A DNA stretch of 55,914 nucleotides, filler included, from Dirinaria sp. TL-2023a (taxonomy: Eukaryota): assembly GCA_051941275.1 (NCBI GenBank). It is 3 parts of 3 records of this genome, joined end to end, with 100 filler letters (N's around TTAATTAATTAA, not from the genome) between each part and the next. Parts side by side here need not be neighbours in the genome. Positions count along the whole stretch, not along the records: positions 18,681 to 37,248 come from JAVEBF010000378.1; 2 more parts are not named here. One strand, given 5' to 3'. The notes under the pieces are model-generated. The model ran no database searches. It was not told the origin of the DNA and was given only the letters and a program-made list of their open reading frames with translations. Each line of letters opens with the position of its first letter. Position 1 is the stretch's first letter. Position numbers and translations under genes: made by a program. Of the stretch, positions 23,391 to 33,856 are shown one piece after another.

Positions 23391-24176
23391 ATGATTTCAC
23401 TGTCAAAACCACCCTTCGGGCTTCGCCCAGCAACTTCTCAGGACATTCCTTTGCTGACCAGTATAAGTCGTGATGCATTTGCCGACCTCGACGTTGAGCA
23501 TCGCCTTCACCCGCGCAAAGTGCAACATCCACGTGACTACTACCGCACAAACTATAGCTGTTTGATGACAGACTTCAACAACCCCGAGACTACGATTATT
23601 GTGGCTACAAAGCCTGAAAATCAGGGCGACGCAGAAACAGTAGTTGGATGGGCCACTTGGAAATGGCATGTACGCGAGGACTGTGACCAAAAGGAGCGGC
23701 CGCGCAATGCATACCTTCCAAAGTCATCATTTCGGCGCAGCCTCCTTTCCGTTTACTGGAATATTGTGTTCCCCGTCACGTTGTGGGTTGACCGCAGCGC
23801 CGATCACGCGTTCCATAAAGCTAGGGAGGAAGCTTCAGAGACAGCTGTGGCGACATTCCGGGCTCGGGATTGTCCTCGAAAATGGGTACTTGACTGGCTT
23901 GCAGTGCACCCTGATCATCAAGGGCAAGGCATAGGCCGGATGCTGGTTGAGTGGGGCCTGAAACGGTGTGGAGACAATGCTGCGATAGTCCTGACGGCGT
24001 GGCCAGGGACAGATGTTTTTTTTGACAAGCTGGGCTTGACGCGATATAGATTCTTTGAGGCAGACAATTTCAGGTGGTGGATGTTTGCTTGGGTGCCTGG
24101 ATGGGAGAAAGAGGCCTTTGGTCCACTGGACGGAGAGAATGAGGTGGTACTCGTACATGGACGGGTGGGAGAGTAA
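23391..24176 (+). CDS. GNAT-family N-acetyltransferase (261 aa)
   Basis: LRPATSQD at the N-terminus, VVGWATW, and acetyl-CoA motif A LAVHPDHQGQGIGRMLVEWGL. Confidence 0.9.
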   Translation: MISLSKPPFGLRPATSQDIPLLTSISRDAFADLDVEHRLHPRKVQHPRDYYRTNYSCLMTDFNNPETTIIVATKPENQGDAETVVGWATWKWHVREDCDQKERPRNAYLPKSSFRRSLLSVYWNIVFPVTLWVDRSADHAFHKAREEASETAVATFRARDCPRKWVLDWLAVHPDHQGQGIGRMLVEWGLKRCGDNAAIVLTAWPGTDVFFDKLGLTRYRFFEADNFRWWMFAWVPGWEKEAFGPLDGENEVVLVHGRVGE

Positions 24177-25961
24177 TGTCGACAAAATATCCTTGGGCCC
24201 AGAGTCGTTGATTCGAGAAACTAAGCCCAAAGATTATGGTTGGCTGAACGTACTCATCCACAAGGCTAAGAACGATCTTCAATACTTGAACAACTATTAT
24301 TACCTATAGCCTGAAAATTCACAGGTCAGAAAGCGCGCTGCGATTGCATCGATGCTCTTTTGTGCATCATACGCATTATCCCAACCACCAGGGCTCCCTG
24401 CTCAGGTGACTGTGGCTTCAAGTGCCAGAAATTGTGGCCTGAGAGAAAAGCACAAGCGGTCTCCAAATCGCCCAGACCTAGCTGGAAACACAAGAATAAC
24501 CTCTAATTGTTGATTGCTGATGCTTCGGACTCTGGGCTATTCCGCTCACTATCCTTGCATATCTGGATGTGAAATACGAAGTTGCCAAATCATTGCTATT
24601 TGCGATGCATTTGTTGTCCTGAGAAGACACTGCGCGCAGTTTTCATAAGGCTTAGTTTCCGTTCTCCTAGTTGCTCATGGTTCTTTCCGTCACTCTCGAA
24701 GGTATCGAAAGGTGTATGATTATCCGCAGACGATGGCAAGCTTTGTAGAGAATTTTCATAGCCATGCACAAGTTATGCATGATTGTCCAATCAAGATGTT
24801 AAGACGAGCTAGGCTTAGATAGGTCTAGCTGTTGGCGCTCCTGCCAAGGCTTCCTTTCTTTACCTTATGTAAGCTCCCTCGGCTCGACTCCGTCTATAGA
24901 CTTGAAAGATTATTTTCACCCTACCGAGCCTACAGGCTACAGCTTCATGTAAAGAGCTTGTCAATTAATTGTCGCCTGCATAAATAAGGTACCCTAACCG
25001 GCGCACCCCCTAGTCGCTCTGCTCCTAGTCTCCAGTGCGAATCAATCACAACACCGCGAGGACCGGGAAGACGACACGGATATACTAGTGGTCTCGATCG
25101 ACGCTACTTTCACGTTGTGGCGGCCATCGCTTTAAGGAAGACGGGTTAATTTTTCGACCCTTCAATGTTCTAACAGTTATCCTTTTCCTTTGCGCATATT
25201 TATTTGTTGGAACTGTTCAAGCCGGTGTTCTCAACAAGAACTCATCTCTAATATGACGAATCGAGTGTACCTTAGAATTCGAGGCTCCTAGAGTTGAAAG
25301 GATCGTCGCTGAAGCCACTCTTGTGCTGCAATACTCACGGGATCATGCGAATGTCTTTCGCGTTAGTACGGCTGGTTCTTCGCGTTAGTCCACAGTTAAG
25401 CGTCAGTTAAGATCTTTTGCTTGAGCGGCTTGCGATCCAGTCGCAATCAAGAAGAACAGGAAGCGGTGATTGTTTGCAACCCCAGATTTCAATTATTATA
25501 TCCACTACCTTAACAGAAAGTCATTTAGTCCAACATACCTTACTTTAAAGTGATAGCGCTGTTGAATAGCTCCATTTTGCGTGGACCCTGATGTCCTTAC
25601 CTAAAATATGACGATCATACAGCGGACATGAGTCCGCTCCAAAACTTGCGGCAGACGCTCCCTCTGACTGGATTTCCGACACCAGCATTTCGTTCCTGGG
25701 GTTGATCATGTCTTGGAGACACCAAACCATGACAGCGTGGAGTTCTCGCTTGCCGCCATGTGCGGAGTCGGAACTTATCCTCAAGCCACAAATCTGGTCC
25801 ATGGGACGACGATTGCGAACCCCCCCTCATACCTATGGAAAACCCTCAAATCCAGAAGTTCTTCCCTACCTTTACAACGCACCTGTACCTGGCGATTGAG
25901 TCAATCGAAACAGAGATCAGTCTCTGCTTGCAATTCGATCAATGTTCGGAAAAATCCAACT

Positions 25962-27462
25962 ATGGCAACACAACTTACCCCGGCACAACAGAAACAGCTT
26001 GACTATGAACAAGCCCATCCTACCGAATTCGGCTGCTCGGGATTAATCACCTTCACAATCATTGGCATCGTCATCATTGCCTTCGCAGTAGGCTTACGTT
26101 TCTGGTCGAGGACCCTTGCAAAAATTCCACTCCACGCTGATGACTATCTACTACTTGTGGGAATGGTAATGCCTCAGTCTCTCAAATTTTCTTGATAGTT
26201 CTAGCCCCTAGTCCGAATTCGATGTTCACTTAGCTTACTGTCTGTGAAAATCAGGTATTGACAATTGGCGCCCAGTCGATGGCTGTCAGCAATATTGCTA
26301 ACGCACATTGGTGCTATCACCAATCTACGCTGACAAAAGCTGACTTCAGATTGGGAGGTAAAGTAGGCATTCCTCACTCTTTTCCTCCAGAAAGGAACGA
26401 CCTACTGAACATCGTATATAGCAATGGTACGCCTTCAGTCTAATGTACACGACCTCCTTCCCAATCGCCCGCATATCCCTCACTCTTCTCTACAAACGTA
26501 TCTTTATACAAGCGCGGATTCGATGGATATGCTGGTTCCTGGTCTTCTGCTACACTGGCTACGCTATCGGATCGTCCTTCGCCGATATTTTTCAATTCAA
26601 TCCGATCGCGTCAGCTTGGGATCTGAACGTTAAGCGGACACATTCTATCAATCTGAAGGCTCTCTATTTGGCAAACACGGGATTCAATATTTCAACAGAT
26701 TTCATCCTTCTAATTCTTCCGTTAGCGGGCATCTGGACTTTACGAATGACACCTTGGCGGAAGACAGGCTTGGGCCTTATATTTTGTCTAGGCTGCCTCA
26801 CAGTCATAGCTAGTATTCTCCGCCTTGTGTTATACTACTCGTATAATACCTTGGATCCGAATTGTAAGCCACCCTACGCCATGAACTAAAGCGGTTCGCT
26901 GACATGTAATACTCTACCAGATGCTCTCGCGCCAATCCAGTGGTGGACCCATGCAGAAATGGATCTTGGGATCCTCTGCCCCTGCTTCGTGACTATGCAA
27001 CCCCTCCTTCGTCATGGCTTCGTCTACTTCTCTTCCCAACTCTCCCCGCTGAACCGCTCCCGAGCCGAACGCTTCACGGGCGTCTCCACTTCTAACCCAC
27101 CTCGTCCAAAACTCCAAAATGGGGAGGCCGCCTCCTCACATGCCCAAATCAGCAGTGCCAAGTTCCACAGCGATAAATCTCTTCGCTCGAAATACTCCCG
27201 CATGGAGGATGGTACGCAGGGCTACGATATGGAGGATCTGTCATCACATGCAATACCAACAAAAGACTCCACTGGGATGAAGGGCGCGGAAATAATGCCG
27301 ATGGGTCAGGAGACGGCGCTTGCGAGTCTTGATCCCAGAGTGAACACAATTAGTTCACATGCTCAGGTTGAGAGGGTACCGGGCGGGGAGACACCTGAAG
27401 ACGGAATTGGCGTTTCGAGGGATTGGAGGTTGCAGAGTGAGCATGTAGATGGTCCTTCATGA
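25962..27462 (+). CDS. PTH11-like (fungal rhodopsin-domain) 7-TM integral membrane protein without CFEM, ~431 aa
   Basis: Exons 25962-26165, 26255-26362, 26422-26863 and 26921-27462. Motifs: AVGLRFWSR, ADDYLLL, ARISLTLLYKRIF, PIASAWD, NISTDFILLILPL..IWTLRM..RKTGLGLIFCLG, SILRL, WTHAEMDLGILCPC. Confidence 0.9.
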
Positions 27463-28392
27463 GCAGGATCTGTGCACCGGAGTGTCTGGTTTGAGGCAAA
27501 AGTTGGAAACTGGGATAATTGTATGAAGTCGACGTCAGGTTCTGGGAAAAGCCACCGTGGGGTTGTATCAAAAAAGCCCATCGCCGCTGGTATGTATATA
27601 TGGGTGGGGATCATACCTTTTATGGAAAAAGATACCACAATAACAATTTGCGAATGTAGAACATAGCCAAAAAAAAATCCTCCAATTTTTCCGTCATAAG
27701 AACAGCTTTCACCAAAGTTTTTGGAAGATTATAAATATCGGCCCGTTTTTCTCTCAGGTCTCAAAATTTCCTCATCGTTGAGACTTCATCGCATCTAGCA
27801 CGCACATGGAACGAACCGAAAAACCCGCTCTCATACTTCTTCGGCCGATCCATAAAACCTTTCTCCGCAGCGTTTAAGTTATCATCGCCAGCGGTCAGCG
27901 TGAACGCCAAGTATGGAGAGAAGTGGTGAAAAAGAAGGATAATTGGCAAACTCATTAGACATGTCAAGGCGCTAAATTTACTACTAAGCTCTCTCACCCT
28001 AGATAAGCCCTAATAAATTTTCATGCAGGCTACCTTATGTACTTTCATCGCATTTATGCACAACTTATCAACACTTGCTAGTATCTTCATGATGGCGGTT
28101 ATTGTTTCTGCTTGTGTTGCTAAATCTACCAGGAAGCGACTGTGATCCATCATTCAATATACTGCTGTACTGCAGACTCTTAGACACTGCGGTTGTCAAG
28201 AAGGTTTCATGACACACTGCAAAGGTGTTGCGAGGTGACTAACACTGCACAAGGCACAGTCAAAGGCTTTGTACATGGCGAAAACACAATGATATATCTC
28301 ATATATATGTCTCAATATTTGGAAAGTTTCTTTTTTTTTTGGCATTGTATTCATTGATCTCCAAATTTTTTCTTCCATAATACTTATCACGA

Positions 28393-28905
28393 ATGGCGAA
28401 ACTCAGCAAATTAGAGAGCCTTCCGGCAGAGCTCAAACTTGATATCCTGAACAACATACCTGATCCAGACACTCTCTTCGCACTTGTCCATGCTGCATCC
28501 CTTTTCCATGCGGTATACGCCAAAAATCGAGAGCAAATCCTCACAGGCTGCACGCTGCGGGAACTTCGTACCCGCGTCCGCAAGCCCAAAATATATATGC
28601 CGATCTGTCAGTGGAATGTATGGCTGAAAACAAGAAACATCGATCCGAACCTCGAATCTGCAGTCGCATCCTATCGTGCACAAAGCCAGGACGGCAGGGT
28701 TAATAAGATCAGGTTGTCTGTTGAACAATGCATTGCGCTACGGTCCATCACCAGGATCTCTGCGGTTTTGGAAACGGCTACCTGGGCAGAAGCAGCGGCC
28801 TGGAGAGGGACGGAGTCAGAAAGGGTTTGCAAGTCTCTTTGGGACAACCCGTTCTGGATTCCATTGGGGGACGATGTGTTGTATTATGCTACAGGCAGCC
28901 GTTGA
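28393..28905 (+). CDS. Small protein with N-terminal F-box-like motif (170 aa), possibly truncated
   Basis: LESLPAELKLDILNNIPDPDTLFALVHAASLFHAVY matches the F-box-like pattern LxxLPxELxxxI. No recognisable C-terminal domain. Confidence 0.65.
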   Translation: MAKLSKLESLPAELKLDILNNIPDPDTLFALVHAASLFHAVYAKNREQILTGCTLRELRTRVRKPKIYMPICQWNVWLKTRNIDPNLESAVASYRAQSQDGRVNKIRLSVEQCIALRSITRISAVLETATWAEAAAWRGTESERVCKSLWDNPFWIPLGDDVLYYATGSR

Positions 28906-29602
28906 TTCGTTCATTATCTGAGAGGATTTTCATATCACATATAATGGAGGTGCGCAAATGATATGTGCTTTCCGAAGTCCCAGAACTATTCTTCAATCGT
29001 GGGTTATTGATATGTATTTGAATTACCCGGGCTGAGTTAGTGACTGAGTCAGGCGAATCCGTTGCAGAGCAAACAAGGCCAAAAACCGGATGAGGTTCAA
29101 TTGCTGCCAAAAAGTACATCTACCTCAGTTACATGTGAAGGAAGCAGTCCCTCCATGGTGGAAGGCAGTCCCGCAGGAAGGTAGTCCTGGCTCCCTGAAC
29201 CATTCGACCCTTAATGTTGGATAAGTGCTCAGCATAACAAAATCGAAGGCTACGTGGGAATGAAATGCAATAATTTGCGCGGGTATGAGAAGAGTATCTA
29301 TTCAATTAAAAGTTGTGGACATACTATTATAGACTTTGACAATGAAAAATTCGAGACTTATCGTGTTAGCACAGATACTCCTCGCCAATTCAATCTCAGA
29401 AACGAGCCATCGAAATTTCAGAAGTAGACACAAGCACTTAAAACCGATGATCCAAAGTCGTCAGAAGTCGCCTTCCTTCATCAGAGCCGCTATTTCTTGC
29501 TGTCGCTACCTCTATTCTCACTATCACCGTCTTCATGATCACACCGTCATTTGTTATGATGATTTCCACGCTTTTAAGTTTTTCCTCAGTCACGACATAG
29601 CC

Positions 29603-29722
29603 TACCTCGCAGACTTCCTCGTCAATCAGTTCGTTGACCTCATTGTGAAGCTTATTCATGACACAATCTGCCTCGCTGATTACCTCGTCACCAGCTTCAT
29701 TGACTTCGTCGTGAGTATCATT
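29603..29722. repeat. Degenerate 66-bp-period tandem duplication in an AT-enriched relic region
   Basis: tacctcgcagacttcctcgtca...ttgacctcattgtga at 29603 versus tgcctcgctgattacctcgtca...ttgacttcgtcgtga at 29669. Confidence 0.6.
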
Positions 29723-30565
29723 GTCAATTACCTCGAGAGTATGCTAAAGGTTCGTCGTAGTTTTTATGAGTCTGGTAGATAGAGCTAACGCTTAGCCTCC
29801 TCAAGAATCGAAATGGTTAGATGTTCGGGGATTCATGTCACAATGCACTTGTCTCAAGATTAAATAAACTGCTCCTTATTAGCTTTGAAATCTAAGGTAT
29901 CAAGACTCTCGAACATCTTGTTTCTGATCTTGAATGGTGACACTCTTTCTCAATTTACGGATATATTAGATTCTGGGCTTTATTACCTACAGCAGGTAGT
30001 CAGTGTCACACTCGACATTGACATCCGGTCAAGCTAAGAAACAGATAATTCAGGGCAATTGATCAGAAGCCGAACGCATATCTGATCACTGTAATACCTT
30101 GCTATTTCTCATATCATCGCAATCTTGATACGGCGTGTGGTTAATGAAACAAGGTTCAGTCCCGAAATTCAGATTGAAATGGCTTCGTGACTTAGGCATG
30201 CCTTGAAATATCCAATTTGATTTTCTGCCTGACGCTGAAGCCCCTCATAAAGTAGCCATACGATGTCAAGGGCCGCATGAAGGTATAAAGACGAGGATCC
30301 CGAGGCTGCATTAGGCTTTCACAAATCCCGGCTAGAGGTGAATGGATCGGATCAAAGTCTGTGCATAGGGAAGATGCCAATACACATTAAACTTGTCTTC
30401 GTTATGAATTCTTTGAACATATCCACTTAGCAACATCGTCAGCGTATCCAAATGTATCAGCGCATTATGTTATCCTGCGCCAGACTAATGCCACGAGTTG
30501 CAAGGACTTTTGTGGATTGAAGACACCTATTCAGCTCTGAGCGACGCTGCAGTAGGTATTCACAT

Positions 30566-33408
30566 TCAGTCCCAGTCCAGATCTGGTTCTTTTCTGTTCG
30601 AGCTCTCCAATCCATCGTCCGCGCTCCGTCTCTTCGGTGCATGAGACGCGATAGCAATCTCCGGGCTTTTGAGGGTGTTAGCAGTAAGATCCAATCTGGT
30701 ACCAATAGCTTCCGCAAGCCGTTCCCGATCCATCTTCTTCAAGCGCTGCATGTAGCCTGCGAATTTTGTGCCTGTGCAAGAAAGGGATCAGCCTCGGCAG
30801 GCCGACATATTTAGCTCGATTCCGGGAACGACTTTGGCTTTCGCTGGCAGTAATGAGCAAAGACAATAACATAAGACATACCGATATCGAGCACGGTTTG
30901 GAAATGCCGAGCTTGCACCTCCACGCCATCCTGGCGCGCTAGTGTCAGTGCCGTCTTCACAGTATTTCGCACCTGCCGGCCATTGAAGTCTTGATGGCAC
31001 CACTCGTCTCGTGCGTGCCTAGCTAAGTCCCGTCTGTGGTCTTTGGAGAGGTGCTTCAGATCTTTGATGAAATGGTACCATATTTGCCGCCGATCGTCGA
31101 CGGAAAGTGGATCTATTCCCAGCGTAATATGCAGACGCGATTGAAATGCCTATTTGCTGTTATTAAGGGCACAATTCTATTCGGTGCGAATCTCTTGAGA
31201 TTTTCCCCTTAGCCACAATGAAGGTGGCAAACTGTACCTCGTCAATGGTCCCAACCCCTGATTGACTTAGTGTGCGTATCTCTGATGCTGACTAGAGCGA
31301 CTTACTATTCGTCGTCAGGAAGAAAACCCCGTTGAAATATTCTATAAAATTTAGTGATCTAGACTGGTCGGCGAGAGAGCAAATGTAACCTATCATTCTC
31401 AGAAACACTATTCAATTGTCCAGAACGTTAGCATATCAGTCAGCTTTAGGATCGCACTGAGTCAAAAGAGATCACTTACCCGATACGAGCGCGTTCCTAC
31501 GAAAATTCTCCAGGTTACGCTCAGCCAAAAAAACGTCGGCCTCGTCTAACAATAAAACAGCATCCCAAGCCACCGCATAATCGAAAACCTGACGTAAATT
31601 CCGTTCCATTGTTTCTGGATCGGTCCCAAGATCACCCGAGGTGATCGAATATAAAGGTCTTTCGTAAAGATCCGCGATGCACTCCGCTGCAAGTGTTTTG
31701 CCTACCCCAGGCGGGCCGTGTAACAGAATGTTCAATCCTTGGCCCTTCCCGGCAACAAGATCCTGAAATCGATTTTTCCCTTGCGTGAAATGTTGAGCTA
31801 CCATGGCTTTCAGAATTGCCTTGTAATCTTCTTTCAGCACTAACCGATCGAAAGATTTCTTCTGAAAATCTACGTCTACTAGACAGTCAACATGGTATTG
31901 GCGCCATTGCTTGGATTGAAAGGAGAAGCCCCAAACAAGGGAAGGGCAAAGGATCAATATGCTGTCACTAGGATTCCCATCTTGGATGTTTAGTTGGGTT
32001 ATATCCAAGGACAAAGCCGCCAGGTTCTGTTCGGTAGTATCAGCCTGCGGGAGTGTATATCGGGAGACATGAAAGCCACCATCGGATAAGTTCTCCCTTC
32101 GATATCAGATTCGAAGTCGCGGTCTCGGAGTCGTGATGTTACTCTTTCGTCTTGAAGATTTCCATATGTCGCCCAGTCTACCATGAGACGTTCGTTTTCC
32201 TGAACATGGACTCTTAGCGAGACTCAGTAACGGTTGGCATCATGTGGCTCTTATGTCCATGGCCTGAAAGATCAAAGTAGCCTATAAAAAGGAGCCGGAT
32301 GAACTTACTGCCAGTGATGGATCTGAGAGTGAACTGTCAACGAATTCTTTCATATGTAGACCTCGGAGGTCCCAGAACTTCCGTCCTCTGTTGATTAGAA
32401 CCTTTCGCTTCTTTTCAGCGTCTTCTAGCATGTTGAATGGTACATATTCTAGCTCTGCCACCGGACGCAATCCATCAAAATAGACGATATCTTTTGACTG
32501 GTTCACAATATGAAAGACTTTACCATCATATTCAACATCTACGCAATCGAGCGTCTGGTCAGAGTAAACAGATCGTCCTTTGCGATTGATTCTTTTTGTT
32601 GCGGGTACGACGGTATTGATCGAAAGCACGTCCCATTCAGCAAAGGGCGAGCGTTGGTTCACAATTAGTGTTCCAGGGGTATATAAAAACCACAAACTAG
32701 CAAAGGATATGGAGCGAACGACTTTTGTCGGATCGCAAAGTGTAAGAAGCTCCGAGACATTAGGCATCCCACATGATTCGAGAAAGTCGGTCAAGACCTT
32801 GATATGGGTACGGGAGTCTTTGGGGTTGCTCATGTCCTTCAAATACGTCTTCAATGCGTGATATTGATGCCACAAGAGCTGATAAGGCTCCATGAAACGA
32901 ACCTTCCTCCCACTTAGTGACTGCAATTGGATTAGTATATTGATTCATCAGTAGTTCTCTCGGCCGTGTACGGATTCGGTGTTACGTAAGACCTTACTTC
33001 TTGGTAGAACTTTGCATTTTCCCGTAATACCCCTAATATCAAAGGAGATCTAATCTCGATGTATATTTCAGTCTCGACACGGCCCTTATAACTATCAGTG
33101 ATGTCGTAGACATATGAGATGATAGACAGCCGACGGCTCTGCTGTTCTCCGTCCTCCTCTGAAGATTGCTGATTCAGTGGACTGGGGATATCCTCATTCA
33201 AATGTGGCAACCTCGTCTTCTCCCGTAGACGGTGATAACGAGTGCGGCCATGAGAGTCGAGTCGCTTCTCTAATCGTTGGACGCGGCAAATCCACCCGCC
33301 TTCCGTGGTCTCAACATCATCTGCTTCATCAGATTGAAGAGTCTCTTGTGACTGCGCCTTGCTACTCGCTAAGCTCGAATTGGAGTCGTCGGAAGTTACG
33401 TCGATCAT
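30566..33408 (-). CDS. Fungal AAA+ ATPase (DUF7025-type N-domain + AAA + lid), ~745 aa, nine exons
   Basis: Exons 33408-32998, 32920-32309, 32199-32080, 32026-31480, 31407-31390, 31341-31306, 31257-31238, 31149-30882 and 30771-30566 (2238 nt). Motifs: LWFLYTPGTLI, LINRGRKFW, RLMVD, VWGFSF, DLVAGKGQGLNILLHGPPGVGKTLAAE (Walker A), VLLLDEADVFL (Walker B), RNALVSVFLRMIEYFNGVFFLTTNRVGTIDEAFQSRLH, NGRQVRN. Confidence 0.9.
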
Positions 33409-33856
33409 ATTGCTTTTTTAGAGACTGGTTTTGCTCCGGTGCCTGCGCCGGTAAGATCTATTGGCTTTTATTGAGATGTTCAATAAATATTATTTGACAG
33501 GTCTAAAGACGCGCTGCTCAAGGATTTCTGCCGGGCAGAGATATTATTTACAAGAGTCGTGAGAACCTGCGGCGAGGCTGCAAGGTAGCTGACATTTCAA
33601 CTCGAAATAGTACTAGTGGGAGCGTCATAAGCATCCTTTCGACTTGGCTTATCTAGCGCGCCTACCATGTGTCTCTAGCCAGAGGCTGCTTCGAGCCAGT
33701 ATTGTATTGGTGGCTCCACAACCTACGTCGGCCAATATCTACCGGTGCAGTGTCGATGGTAGCATATATTTTCATATACTGTTTCTACCTATTTCTTCTA
33801 ACCAAACCATCGTAAAGCAGTGAGGACAAAATAATTTGCGCGGTTATGATTAGGCT

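Noticed and set aside
29336..29782. 148-aa ORF with a 22-aa amphipathic repeat
   Set aside because: No family motifs and a TTG start call; better explained as a degenerate relic (see findings).
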